Notes under the pieces: generated by a model
The model's input: the letters and a program-made list of their open reading frames with translations, nothing else
Told to the model about the DNA's origin: nothing
Database searches by the model: none
Translations under genes and position numbers: made by a program
From: Harriotta raleighana
Lineage: Eukaryota
Reading direction: 5' to 3'
Length of the DNA stretch: 64,000 nt
NCBI GenBank assembly: GCA_050575255.1
Contig: JBNZDD010013635.1
Span: forward strand, 1,070,910-1,134,909
Shown here: positions 33,131 through 47,527 of the stretch, one piece after another
Position numbering within the stretch: the stretch's first letter is position 1
Layout of the letters: each line of letters opens with the position of its first letter

Positions 33131-35985
33131 CCACCAATGAGACTCTGCCCCCACTTCTCTGTTTGCTTGCTCTGGTGTCCGCGTGTCCACAGTGTCTAAT
33201 GCTAACTTGATTTTGGAAGCAATGTTGGCAACAATTGCATTGCAGTTTTTTTTCAGTCATGACTTAAAGAGCCACGGAAGTGTGGTTCATTGTTAAGCAC
33301 CCAATTAATTCATACATTTGAGTCAGTTTGGCTCCGTTCATAGCATGTTCATCTCTAAGCATTCCATGAAGGACGCTATGGGAATGCAAGGGCTCAAAAG
33401 CAAACAAGGCTTCAAGATGTGTAAGTAAAGGATAACAAATATAGAAAACTCTATGCTGAACATTTTAGCAAACTCTGGCCAACACAACCCACTGTTCCAA
33501 ACCCTCCACAGTACTGGAGGAATTGATAACCTGAACTTGCATGAAATTGCAAGACCGGTTTGGATGAAGAAGGCCTTTTGGCTCATCCGATTTTATCCTT
33601 CCAGAACATAAGCCCATTCCCTGCCCCCACATCCCTACATCGAGTGCATTATAAAGCTTGGTAACCTTTTCAAATGACTGGTGACTTTCAACAAGATGCA
33701 CATCACCAGATTGAGTTGCACGCTTGATAATCCCATTGGTTCCAAGTTTGTAGCTGCGATTATACTATACTTTTGGGAGGAATGTGAATGCTGATTATTT
33801 TTAAAATTCAGTTTTAAAAATGCATGTGATAACCATGACCCTATGTGACATCTTCTTCATTCTTCCAGAATATAAACTAACCTGCCAGCTGCAAATAACA
33901 CATTGAGTATCAGATCACAGAGCTACTAAAAGCTAAACTAATTTGGCAATCAATATGGTTGTGATATGCATCTTTGTCCCAAAGTTTACAGAGCCTTGGG
34001 TAATAAAAAAAATGTTTTACGGAACACCCAAAAAGAGCAGACCTAGGTTATGCACTTATGCAATCAGACAAGCAAAACATAATTCTGCAGCAAGAAGGAA
34101 TTCTTATTGTTAATATAATTAGATTGCAAAATAATTAGAAATTCCACCTTTATAAGATGGAAAGATTGAAGTCATATGAGAACACGAGTCCTGTAGAAAT
34201 TAAACTCACAATTTGAGTCTTATTAGAATCTTCTAGAAGCTTTGAGACATCCCAAAGTCTTGATAAGGCAATATATGAAAAAAATCAAGTGCAAGCATTA
34301 TTATTTAGAATTGTTACAAATTTACTGCATTGAAATACTCAAGAGCAGTTATGTTATACCTTTCCCTCTTGGTTTCCCTTCTATTACACACAATCTTTTT
34401 AAATTACTTTATTCTGCAACACCTAAAATATTAATATCATTGCCCAATTTCCTATCAGAGAGAGTGTAAGTGATCCGTTCTCGGCTAATTAAGATTCTGA
34501 ATTACTAGCTGTGAGTCGGTGAGAGAAGGTGAGGCAATCCTGACTCTGCCTCAGATTAAGTGGCAAAAGGTTCTTGCTATGGGAGAACCTTTGTACGTGG
34601 CTTCACTAGTACAGTAACAATGAGATTATGAACATATCTTGCAAGATATCTGTGACAAAGAAAGTGTCCTACAAGTTTGCAAGCTCTGCACCAACCATGT
34701 TAAACATAACTTAAAAAGGCACATGAATAAAGTGTTTGCTGGGGTGAGTGAGGGAGGAAGAAACTGATATTGATAGATTTTTTCCCTCCTGAATTTACAA
34801 ATTAATTTCCTGCAAGTACAATAAGTAACCCAACAGATTACTACATAGATCTCTAAACAATGTTGTTTGAAAAATGAGAATTTGGGGTCAAGTTTAAGCA
34901 GTAATAGGCACCATATATCTGTGAACAAATCCAATTTGATTTAAATATTGCCAAAATGAGTTTAGAGAATTTGGTCTGGTACTAGGTAAAAGCAAATCTC
35001 ACCTCTGCCAGAGTTAAGAGCTGCAGTCTAAACACAATCTGCTGGGAGGGGGGTTTGGAGCACTTCTGATTAGTACTTTAGTCTTGCCATCTGCTGTTTT
35101 AATCACTCACTTTACATTAAAGTCATTTAGAAGGAGAAGAAAATTGCCCAACAAATCGAAAACCTCCTTTACTCCCTTGATTTGAATGAAAGGATTTTTT
35201 CCCCCTCCCAATATCAAAAGGTAAAACTGAAAATGAACATGATAAAGAGACCGTTTACATAATAATCATCTGTTGGTTCGCATTTTGTTTTGTTTTCTAA
35301 TTGCTGATCACAGTGTACACCATGAAATTACCACAGATAAGCTATTATAGACAACGCTCATTCCATATGAACCTTCGAGACATATTCCCGCATGTCCACT
35401 TCTCAGGAATGACTGGCTCACGGATTACTTCAGAGTCACATTTAACAGAAGAATGAGAATTGTAAAACCCATGCACAAACCTCTGAAGAAGATGGAAACA
35501 GCTTTAGTTTATTACGCGAGAAAATATATGTACTGTACTCGGTGTATATTATATTTGCACAAAACCAATTTGGGAGACAAAATCTTCATAGGCCTACATG
35601 GACCTCTCAACCTTCTTTTGAGAAGTCAGTTAAAAATAAGCAATATTTCACAGAAAGACCCTGAACACAGAAGCCAGCACGGTGGTAAATTTGCTTCATT
35701 CACATCGATCTCCCAATACAATCAAAAGTGTTTCACTCACCTCCCTTTCCACTCACCACCAGCTTGACTTCAGTTGATGCCCAAGAATATCAAGGTGCTT
35801 TTCTGCTTCTGTAAACTCTTCTTGACTTAGCATGGAGAGTTTTGTATGCATTTTGCTCCAGTTCTTTCTCGATCTTTCAGACCAGTTATCTGTTGTGTAA
35901 AATGTTTTCACTTCTCTGGGTCAATTTAACACAAGTTAGTAGATCTTCTGCGGCTTTTTGAGGCCTTGAACTTTTCCTGTTCAGA

Positions 35986-36389
35986 TATTTTGTTTCTCTC
36001 TCAAGCCATTCCATGCCTGGCTTCCTTTGCTCGCCTATCTCTCCGATCTGCTATCTCCCTATCAGCCTGCCCGCCCCCTCCGCTCAACAGACTCTGGCTT
36101 GTTCTGCGTCCACCGCCCTAACCGGTCAACCATCGGTGGCTAGGCTTTCAGTCTCTCTGCCCCCACACTCTGGAACTCTGTCTCGCAATCCTTTCGCCTC
36201 AATTCCTCCTTCAAGGCTGGTCTCAAGACCTTCCTCTTTGACCGTGCCTTTGGCTCCTCTCCTAACTCTTGCCCCTCTCCTACCCCTTCCCCCTATCCCG
36301 CCTGCTCAGGTCCTGGCCTGATTGTTCAGCACCTTGGGACGTCATCCCGACATGGAAAGCTCTCTGTAAGTGTAATTTTGTTGTTGTTG
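35986..36389 (+). mobile_element. L2 LINE 3' end
   Basis: Degenerate YLSDLL...DSGL...IGGRAFS...LWNS-type ORF2 end plus ttgggacgtcatcccgacatgg...gtaattttgttgttgttg tail. Confidence 0.85.
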
Positions 36390-39310
36390 CTCCACCTGTG
36401 TAGGTCTGTGACCATTCTCTGTCTCGACCTGTCTTCAGCAATTGACCACACAAGAGGCACAGCAGGTTTCAGCATCCCCCTGAATATCACACTTCTGATT
36501 CCAATTGCCATGGCTTGAAAGAAAGACTGCAACCAACTCCAAAATAAAATAATTAAGATCATATCAGCGATACAGTCAATAACTTGATACACAAATCACT
36601 TTTACCTTCTCCAGTTATGTTGGCCTTCAATTTAAACTTTCTTTTGTTGGAAAGCGGGTTCAAGGGAGGGTTGGGGATTAAGCCATCATATGATCAAATC
36701 TCTATTCCCTCAGTCCCACAGATTAGTTTTAAGTGAATAAACCATGCATTAAATAATTAAAAATAAAATATCAATGCTAACTACATGTATATTGAACAAC
36801 AATGCCAGCCAGCATCTATTTGATAGAATAATGCCATGATCTATGTTAGTGATTTAGCTCAAAATCTTTACAGTGTTAACAATGTTTAGGATGATGGAAA
36901 TTAATTTGCTTCCTTAAAGCTATCCATAAATCAAACCAAGGAATCATTATAATAAAGATTGAACAATCAGACAAATATCACAGCATATACATAATATCCT
37001 GATCGCTGGTTGTTCTTATACTGGAATGCAAACATTTATTACACATGAGATATGGGAAGGATGATTCTTATGAAACTTCTTCCCTCTGAGTGTGGGACTG
37101 CCATAACTAATACACTTTAACACCTTAGAGTTTCATTTCAAAAGGAATAAACAATGACACTGTGCTTCAAGTGATTGAATCAAACATTGGAATATCTCTT
37201 TGCAAAGCTGTCAAATTTTTCCAAATTTCCAATTCTCTCTCTCCCAACTCATGTTTGCCAATGGCTGTGTGTACAGCAGTGACACACAATTGTTTTCTCT
37301 CCCACACACATGCTTTTCAGCAGAAATCACTGAATAGAAATCAGAAGTGGGAATTCCATCTAATTTGTTGTACTATATAGACACTTGTACTACATCTACC
37401 ACTATCCAGATTGAGATTTATGACCAACTTTATAACTGAGCGCTACCAGATATGTTGGTGTTCCATAGACTGAAAGGCTTCTTTTACCTAATAAGTGCAC
37501 TCAAAATGAGAAAGATATCATGTTGAATCTCTTAAATTGTGTAAGATTTACCTAATTGAAAATTTATGCTTCAACCCAAAACATTACATGAAGATATACT
37601 TTGCCAAAAATTAAAGCCCTTCCCTCCCCCACCCTACATCCCAAAACCTAACAATTCATTATGTATTACAAAATCACTTAAGAGGCTTTTTCATAATCTG
37701 CTAATTCCCCTTGTGTATTCATGTATGCACTATTTCGCTCCATTATTCTTCTATTTTAATTTATGGGCAGGGCTGTTAATTTCAATGACATGAGATAATT
37801 GACTTCAGTGAAGTAAAAATGAATTAACTCCACAATATTAGTCCTGCACCTAGTGCAAGATACGAACATGTTTAAAATGTGGTAGGAAACACCTTGCTGG
37901 AATATTCCCTCTGAGCACAGCGAGACGTGAATTAGTTCATGAACATAGATATTCAAAACTTGTTCACCTTTGCTTTGTGTAACTGATGGGCCAATCGTGC
38001 TCTTTATAGGATGGTAATGAAAAATTAGATAAGGTTATGGATATGTGCGCCATGCATATTCACAGAGATTAGAGGAATCACTCTAAAGGTCAGTATCTCT
38101 ACAGAGCAGCCTATTAAACAAAGACACCTCTCGATCTCAGAAATGTCAGCTATAGGCAGCAAATGATAGTCTATCCTTTGCTGTACAGATGCAAAGGTCA
38201 TGGTTGATTCTCATCTGATGTGCTCGGTTTGCTCACTAATGGCTAGTGTACCCTCATTAATCGACACCCGAAACTCCCTTTGGTGGCTGGTGAAGTGAAT
38301 AAAAAGAGCAATTAGTGCTCTGGCATCTGGGGAGAAATTATTCAATCAGAGACAACCTCTCCTCACATCTCAAACTACCTCAATGTGATGATATCACAAC
38401 CAATACCAGTGGCTTGCACACAATTAGAAATATTACTGACATTTTACTGAGTCCCTTTGGATATTTCAGTTAGAGAGAGAGAAAAAAATTTGGAAACCTG
38501 CTATGAATTAATGTCAATAATTAAAATGCAGTTTGCAGTTTTTTCATGTAATACAGCATACAATGCAGTTCTAAGTACTGAACAGAAGATACTAAACTGG
38601 TCAGTTTTCTTTCTGGGGAAATTGTAGCAAAATGTCTTCTCAGAAAAAAATATTTTCTTTCCCAGTTTTCTCTCCACTCTCCGAAGGGCGCTGATTTATG
38701 TTAGATTCCATAAGCAGAAACATGTCTAAGTATACCTGACCCCAGTGATTATTCTTCATGTGTAAACCTCCAACAGTTTTAGAACAACATTTTGCCAGGG
38801 GTGGATGGAGGGTGGAGGGGGAAGAGTGTAGAAAATCACAGCCAATTGCAATGCTGTTATCATTTCACTACATGTGTACTTTCCAAAAGGAGTCACAAGA
38901 GAGGTCCAGATGAAAAAGGCCCTTGGGCCCATTTGATCTCATCCTTCCACAATACCAGTCTTACCATCTTGTCATGACAAGAACAAGGCATTTCATAAAC
39001 ATGTTCTGTGCCTTGGTCTTACCGTTGCTTCCTGGTAACACAAAGACTAAAGGAATTCATCCCACTAAACGTGCTCTTCAGACCACCCTAAACGCGGACG
39101 TCTTTGTTGATTCAGCTGTATATCTGAAACTTCCAATACACACACAGTACCTTGTATTTGTGTGTATTGAAAGTAATTTTCAGTGCCTTGGGATGTCCTC
39201 CCAATATGAAAGGCACTCTACAAAAATGTACAGTGATTAGCAAGCGATCAGACCAGATGCAGGTATAAGATGTTTGACTGTTTTCCTCAATTTTCCATGA
39301 TCTGTAATCT

Positions 39311-39442
39311 ACAACAACAACAACAACAAAATTACATTTATAGAGCGCGTTTCACGTCAGGAGGACGTCCCAAGGCGCTGGACAGATGATTTAAGACCCG
39401 AGCAGGGGGAAATGTTCGGGGCGAGGGGGGAGGGGGAGGGTG
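39311..39442 (-). mobile_element. Young L2 3' end, nearly identical to the copy at 19.1 kb
   Basis: One mismatch over ~130 nt compared with 19092-19223. Confidence 0.88.
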
Positions 39443-40070
39443 AATGGCCTTGTAGGTAATCTAGATTAACTACAGCTATTCACACACATTCCTAGCCTCG
39501 ATTGTACATAGAGGCAGCACAATATTTTTTCTCATTACAGCTAAATCTTTAGTCAATATATTTTGATCTGTGTTGGTCACCATAGAAATGTTGAGGTTCA
39601 CCAGAATAGTGTTATATATTTGGAGCAATACTAGAAATATGCTTCAGTAACATGGGAAATTCAAGCAAGCATTTAAATGTTTATGATTTAGCCCAAAACA
39701 ATCCTCACAAAAAGGCTATAGACAGGAATGAGCTAACCAGATCACATCTATGAAGAATATTATTTTCTACACACCAAGCATACTAGCTGTACTTCATGTT
39801 GGAAAAGCCATATTGATCATGAGTACGCCATCTCACTTATCTTTCAATTTTTATTTCTCACATAGCACTGCTTGCTAGTAATAATGACAGGATGCTGCAA
39901 ATTGCTTATCAGTAATAAGTGAGCAGTAGCATGTTACAACTTGAAATTAAAATTACAACCATGTTCTCAGATTCATTACTTCGAATGAAAGATGCTTTTT
40001 TTTTCCTAGCAGCCGACCGCAGATAGTAAATAAATAACTCTTCAAACCCAACACTTTGCTCGCTTCCTTT

Positions 40071-40133
40071 GTAGCGCCTTGAGACATCCTCCCAACATGA
40101 AAAACCCTCTATAAATGTAATTTTGTTGTTGTT
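40071..40133 (+). mobile_element. L2 tail
   Basis: gcgccttgagacatcctcccaacatgaaaaaccctctataaatgtaattttgttgttgtt. Confidence 0.75.
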
Positions 40134-42424
40134 CCTTGGCTGTAACATTCAAAAGTTTTCATAATTAGAAGCCAATGTGTAAAAGTCTTACTGTGTCTCC
40201 CTTTCTAGGGCAGCTAAATACAAGTAGTAAATTCAGTGCCATTTTAAAGTCACTCATCGGAAATAAACCTAAAATCATTAGATATGGTAAAACAACATTG
40301 CACAAATTAAAATGATCAGATTTAATACATTGTATGTCTCCTCAATACGTAATAAACCAAGCAGCTGCACTGTATCGAGTATATTTTATGCTATGGTCAT
40401 CTGATAACTTTGTACAACTACAGACCCCCCACTACCCCCCCACCGAACCCACCCCCACACAAAAAAGGTTCCTGGCAGCACAGAGTTTTGTGCAGGTTTA
40501 TGCTTCTTGGCAATAATAGAATATGCAGGAGCTCAAACAATGGTTCAGTACATCGTAAATTACATCTGCTACAAAATTGATTTGGACCTATAGCAGGATA
40601 GACATTGCACAATGATTGACAAGGTGGTGGTTGAGAGAAAATTCCAGGTGGTTATTGGCATTATAATGTGTGGGAACTCTTAAAAAATAACACAGGGGAT
40701 CATCCCTTTGCGTTTTTGTTGAGGATCTGCCACCGTCAAGACCATTGGGAAATAGATAAATTTACAAATGAATAGAGTTACGTTAGGAAACATCACCATT
40801 GCTATTTTCATCCTTATTTAAGTTTCTGATAACACCACTTCAGAGAAACTTTTCCATTTCTATTTTAATTGTCCAGTCCATTTTCAATCTGATCTTCTGA
40901 AACATGTTGAGGCATTGGAAAGATTGTTAATGAACACCAGAAGGAATATGCATGCTGCAACCATTACAATAGAGGGGCTTATGAAAAGCACAAGGAAAAA
41001 ATTAATTCGCAAAAAGAGAAAAGAATTGGAACAATTTCTCAGAACCTCGCCCTTTGCTGTGCTTTTCTTTGGCTTGGATTCCTTTTCTGAGGCTTGCATT
41101 CTGTGGCAGTGCTTCTATGGTTAGCAAATGCTAACAGAGCTATTCACTGCCATAAAGTGCACCAGCCCAATTTCCTCACGATTCCTCAGACAAACATTTT
41201 CTTTGTTCATTTCTGAAGCAGTTCGTTTCAGACGCAATGATTTTTTTTAACAGCCAGCTCTTTGGCTAATAATTTCTGCTAGCAAGTGGTTAAGATTCAT
41301 GGAGAGAAATTGACTGACGAGAGAGACGGCTAAAATGGATTTTTTTAAAAACTCTTGCCTTTTAATATTGGAGGAATAAATAACCTTCCAGGTTTTGTGT
41401 CTGCAGAATAGGTTCTCACAGTTTTTTCATGCTGTTTTTATTTTCTGAACAAATGCATCATGCATTTAGCTTTGAGTGAACCTCATGCCACTTTTATCAA
41501 AATCAGACGGAAACAAGACCCTTTTTGAAGAAAAACTATTTTTTGGAACTTTTCGAGCTGGATCAAATTGTACTCTCCATTGTTTTAAAAAGACATAATT
41601 TGTTGCCACTAGTTGGCAAAGAGACACTTGTCCTGACAAAATAGGATGAGAGGCACATCCACCTCCAACCCAATCAATAGAATAAACTGAATGCACTGAT
41701 AAAAAATAACTCAATTGATTGCTACTCATTATTAAACACTTTGATTTATTCTGTTTTTGAAATGATGCAGGCCTGCACTAAATTGAAATCATCATTTGTA
41801 GCAATATCTCATTGAATATTGGGGACGGGTTGAACTGATATGCAATATCACTTCCTGGTAAGCATTGCGGAGACAGTGTTAATGGTTTCCCTGAAGGTGC
41901 CCAGGTCAATGTCATTGTCGACAGATAATGTGAGCAGCTTTATGGTAACAAGACCCTGAAATTCAGCAGGAGGCACAATTAGTATGAAGTTCTTGGAATA
42001 ATGTTAAAACCACTTCAGATGGGAAAAAGAAGACATTACAGGAAGATCAAATCATATCAATACCCAACAGGCATAAACACACACACACACACACACATTT
42101 CAGCACTGCTCGTTTATCCGAGAACAAGAAACGGCAACTTGATCTACATGAGGATGAGGAATAGCAAGTTTAATTTACACAGATCAAAATTGTACTAAAA
42201 TCTCAACTGTGGGGGCACGTCATTTCTAACCCTCGTCTTCTCATGTCCATCCATACAAACAACCATGTCATTTCTGGAGTTCATGAGTTCAGCAGCAGAG
42301 TCTACAGAATAAGATAGACCTATAGTAAGAGTTATAACGTAGATGAGAATATGCTGTTTGCAATTGGCATGTCCAAATGCAACAGGTTATTTACCACTGA
42401 GATGTATCTTCCCTCAGCCCATTA

Positions 42425-42502
42425 TTACAGTGTATTCTGTGAAGAGCTTTGAGACATCTAGAGGATGTGAAAAGTCCTGTATAAAATGCAAGGATTATTA
42501 TT
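42425..42502 (+). mobile_element. SINE family A tail
   Basis: ttctgtgaagagctttgagacatctagaggatgtgaaaag...aaatgcaaggattattatt. Confidence 0.78.
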
Positions 42503-43947
42503 CTTTGTATTACCACAGCCCAGTGAAGCACAACAATTTGTGGCGATAATAACGTCAAAAACAATCAGGAAACAATTTAGCACAAATAGAGTTGAATAAA
42601 TCTTCCCAAGTGTAATCTATCTCTTCCCCTTCAGAAAACAGTAGCACACAGTGTTGATTTCCATGTTGTGTGTAGGTTTATTATTTAGTTATAATTCTTA
42701 ACACTACCATTTTATTACTGCAAGCAGGGGGTTCATTGAAAACCTCGCAGCTGCAGCAGTCCCCTGCCTGTTCTCATCTACCTGGGCAGTTATTCAGTCT
42801 TAGATTTTTATGAAAGTCTAGCCCCCTAGGGTGCTTTTTACCATCTCTTCCGCTACTTTCCCGTCCTCCAAAGAAAACTCATTTCTAATTTAAAATCTGA
42901 AAAAATGGAAGCGAGTCTCCCATGTAGCACTATGCTAATTCAAACTCAGGCAGCCTGTGGCTAATGTGTGGGGGAAGAAAATGTTAAAATATCCTGAAAC
43001 AGTGTCTTGAACATTTTTCCGATTGTATTTTTCCCCTGTGAATGGCTGGGATTTGTGAGAGGAGAGAAAATGGGGACAGCAACCACAATCTCCAAGGCTT
43101 CTCTCATGGAGCTAAGTGCAGGTTACTGAAAGGGGCTGGAAACAGGAATCTGGGCATCTGGGATATTAAATTTCCAGACAGAGTCGGGTATTTTCCATGA
43201 TTTAGAGAGTTTCTGATTAATAATTCAGATGGGGATCTCTGTTAATAAAACTCCTGGATCTTTGCCTCATCTTAATATGAATGAGAATACATTCACTAAT
43301 AAATTCTCTTTTATGACTTGTCCCCAATGTAAATATACATTTACCTACTAATTCGGGAATTAAGGGAGGCAGCCAGTCTGCCTGATCACTGGAAAAGCTT
43401 CATCCCCTAACCTTTGCAACTTGACCTAAACTCCTCTAATATCAGATTTAGACTTGGCGCATTGTTGGTGATGGATTGAAGGAAAGCTGTGGTGTATATA
43501 AAAAGGTTATCCCACATTATTCCTTGTATTGCTTCAATAGCAGGACAAGTGCTGCTGATGCAAAGTCATACATTGAGGCTGCCTGCTGCACTAGGATTCC
43601 ATTTCGAAGGTGAAAAGCATTGATGCGACAAATCAGTCCTTTTCATCCATTTATAAAGTCTCACCACACCAGCCAGAGGATGGCAAGCACTGTCTGTACG
43701 TGTGTTATAGTTAACCTTTTGCTTTGTCACCACCCTTCACAGGAGATGCCAATATGCAGCAAAAATTTCCGCTGCCGCTTCTTCTTCTTCTTTGGAGATA
43801 GTTAGCGCTTCAACAAGAAGAGCAGTGTATAAAGACTTCACATTGTTTTAGAAACATGTTGAGGAAGATGTTATAGTTGCCATGTTGTAGTGTGTCTCTG
43901 GGCTTTCTCCACACAATTCCTGGATGCATCATAAAGATGACAAACTG

Positions 43948-44000
43948 TCTTGGGATGTCCTCCCGACGTGAAAGGCGCTATATAAATGTAATTTTTATTT
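43948..44000 (+). mobile_element. L2 tail
   Basis: cttgggatgtcctcccgacgtgaaaggcgctatataaatgtaatttt. Confidence 0.75.
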
Positions 44001-47000
44001 TTTTTGATTGATTACCCGTATCAGAAACACCATTATGTACATACCTCTGAGATAGCTGTGCTAAAGCTGGCTATCGTCATCTCTGAGACAAAACCAGAGA
44101 AATTTATGGACGGAACGGAGCGGATATTTATGGATAGAACGGAAGGTCATGCGTCCCACTGTGTCTGTAAAGGTGCTTTTAAAAGCAACGCTTTCAGTCT
44201 TAGTTAGTGAGATGCTCTCACAAATTAAATCCCTTCCTCTTCACAGAACATCTGTGTTTAGCAGTGCTGTTAAGGGGGAGGCTTCAAGCATTTGGCTAGC
44301 ATCTCCTCACACTGGGAGTAACCCAATCAGACTAACTACAGGAGTCACTCAGCCTGGCTCAATGGACCAGCACTGCATTACTGCACCATGAAGCATTTTC
44401 CATTTGCTTCACTCCCTACCTTTACAGCCTCTCAGAATCAAATTATAGGGTAGGTTAATGACATGTCCATCATTTATCTTACTGGCAACGGAATTGAGTT
44501 TGGACAAACCCATTTCATTTACAAACCCCAGACATCCATGAACACACACAAACCTCCATCTCAACTTGGATGGAATGTAGCCCAGTCCCTGAAGCAATGT
44601 GCTATTATTCTAAAATACTGTTATGTTTTTCCCACATCCCTTAGAGCACCGAAAATATTCATTATAAGAAGCACAATTATATATGGAAAACAATAGGGAA
44701 GTTTTAATTATACAGTCACTAAGAACAAAATGTTAAATGATATGTGTTCTTGTTATATTTGACTACATCGACTGGCAGGCAGGCGACAATGGTTGTGGCA
44801 TTTTGCCTAATGAAATGCAGTCTGTTCTACTCCATAACTTGCTTGTGGCAAGTGATTCACTTTGAAATACATTCTGTGCAGCATTAGAGAGTGAAGAGTG
44901 TAATGTTGCTAACAGTACTCACGGTCTCCACAATCACCATTTTCCAATCCTAGTGTTGCTGTGTTACCTACACTTTTAATACCTAGATTTCTTGGCAAGC
45001 TTGTACCATTTGTAAGTTTGAAATATTGAATACTACCAGTGGATAGAAGATGAAGATCTGTCCCAAGACGTTCTTAGTTGACCTCAATCCTATCCTGGTC
45101 AGATTTCTACAGATTTGCATTTTCCATGGACAGGCATCAATAGGTAGAAATCAAGAGCAGCAACCCTGGCTGATGTTCCCCTTCGTATAGTAAGAGCATT
45201 GGGGTCAAATAGAGTTCTCAAACTAATCTCTCAACTGATTCAACTAACAGCAAAAGTAATGCCTTTACCCCAGTGGCAATAGACATTTTGGAAGAGAGTG
45301 TAGCTATTTCAGACAAAGATTTCTTAAATGGAATTGCTTAACGGTACCCACATATATACACATTGCAAATCCAACTCCATGGTGTATAAAGTTTGGCGCA
45401 AGCGCAGGCCATGTCCATGGAGGCACCAGTGAGTTCCCATGAGAGTTGTGAAATGTATCGAGAATGAAGTCACTGCAAATTGGAACTGGCAGCTATTCAA
45501 TAACTTCACTCCAGATTTACCCAGTTATGTGGATCTGTCTCTCGCCTTGTGCCTTTTTTTTTAAAAAACAAAAGACAGAACCCACAACATTATAATAATA
45601 TGAAGCAGCCTGATTGCAAAATGAAAAGAATGCATCATAAATGTTGAATAAATAAATCAGTGTGTGGTAATTGCCTTATGGAGATAAGCATAAGAATGAT
45701 AGGTCACCCAACAGGCAAGAGCCTTGTTTGACTGAGTAGGATTGTGCACATGCAAAATGGCTGCAGGCGAGGACAGAGATATTAATCTCAAGTCCCTAAC
45801 AACAAACACGTGTTCTGCTGGTCAAACAACATTAATTTCAGACTTTTTGTTTTAATGAAGGTCGCGTTTGTTGTTCATTCTCCAGTGAAAGCATTGGACA
45901 AGATCTATTCCATCGGCCCTTTCACATAGCAGACAATACATGGTTACCATTTCTCCCCCATCCCCAATCATCAAGGTCAAATACTTGCTAAACAAAACAT
46001 CACCAGTAATTAAAGCTGCATGACTTTCATGAAAAGTGAGAGACTTTTCTGCATGTTGCTTTGGGGGGAAAGAGAGTAAAAGCATACATCATTTGTGTTT
46101 AAATACTGTTTTGCACAAGGGATGCAGTGAAGGGCTCTAACACAATTAGCTCATTGTGTTCACGTTGGTAAGCAAGCCGTAGGATTGCTTTATTCCCCCT
46201 ATGAAATGTTATAGCTATGTGAATCTTCCTTCCTGCCAGCTCACTTGATGGCTGTGGAAAACGGGGCTATTCATGCATGCAAAAGAACAGCATTTGTTTT
46301 TCTTGGAAAGAACTGTGCTCAAAATGAGCCAAATTATGGTCTTCAAGAGTAGGCGTACAATGGCCTAATTTGAATCACTTTGGTTCAGCTCTCATTTCCA
46401 TCATGTTTTGATGGCTTTTGTAACCCTGCTTGAGATCTGTATGGTACGAGAGTGCACCGAAACATGCTGTGAGCTTTACAATCCCTTGACATAAGTATAA
46501 AATAATTAGAACAATTTTTGCCATTCAAACTGTGTTCTTTCAAAATCTAAAAACACCAGAATTGTTATGAACTCCTCAGGCCTCCAGAGGCTATCAAAGG
46601 AGCTGTAGCTCGGTCACATGCTAGCCTGTGGCAGATCCATGATGCAATGATGATTGAGCAAGCACATAATATTAAACCACCTCAGTTACTAATCTTTCAG
46701 TGATGGTATGCAGCGCATCACAGGTACTTTGCATTTTTTTTGTATACTATATTCTTTTCCATGAAGAATGTTCTTTTCCACCTGAATGTAATTGTTGTTG
46801 GAAAACATTTCCTAATGAAGATGGGTGCCATGGTTTGTTTTAAACACTAAGATTTCCCAGTTTCCCAATGGCAACTTCATTAATGTGGAGTATGGCGTTA
46901 AATCAATGTCTCAGTAGTTATTGCTTTAAATTGGCTTTCATAAGAGTAGTGGTGTAAAATGTCTCTATAATGCTCGGGAAGATCAACTAAGACAATGGTT

Positions 47001-47210
47001 CCAGTCCCATTTGATGTCATCTGTAGAATTTGCACAGTTGAATGAGCTATTATAATCCAAGGGTTAGAAACATGACTGTTAATTGTACATGGAGGGTGGA
47101 AAGAGTGGGCTCAATACATTTGCTTCATTTCACACTAAATGAAATTATAATTATTATCAGAAGGGCGAATTAATTGTTCTTAGCACCCCTGGGCTGCACA
47201 CAAAAAAATA

Positions 47211-47527
47211 AATAATCCCTGCATTTGATATAACGCTTTTCACATCTTCTAGATGTCTCAAAGCGCTTCACAGAATATATTGTAAAGTGAATTGACTGTA
47301 TATTTGTGAGTGAAACTCAGCAGCCAATTGCGCACAACAGCATCCCACAAACCCAGTCGTGGATTGAGATGACCAATTTTATTATTGTGGTTTTTTTTGG
47401 AGGGATTATTATTAGGCGTGCGGAGTAAGGAAACTTGCCCCAAGGTTTCGCCCTGACCTGCCTGGATTCGAACACAGGTCTCACGTTTGTAAGGTGAGTG
47501 CACTAACCACTGAGCTACAAATCTCCA
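47211..47527 (-). mobile_element. Full-length SINE family A
   Basis: Tail aataatccctgcatttgatataacgc through head ...gagtgcactaaccactgagctac; another tail fragment at 47858-47928. Confidence 0.9.

Noticed and set aside
35700-36520. BEL/Pao or pseudogene remnant (minus-strand LSQEEFTEAEKHL) flanking the L2
   Set aside because: Only one short motif-like match amid many stops; not enough support.
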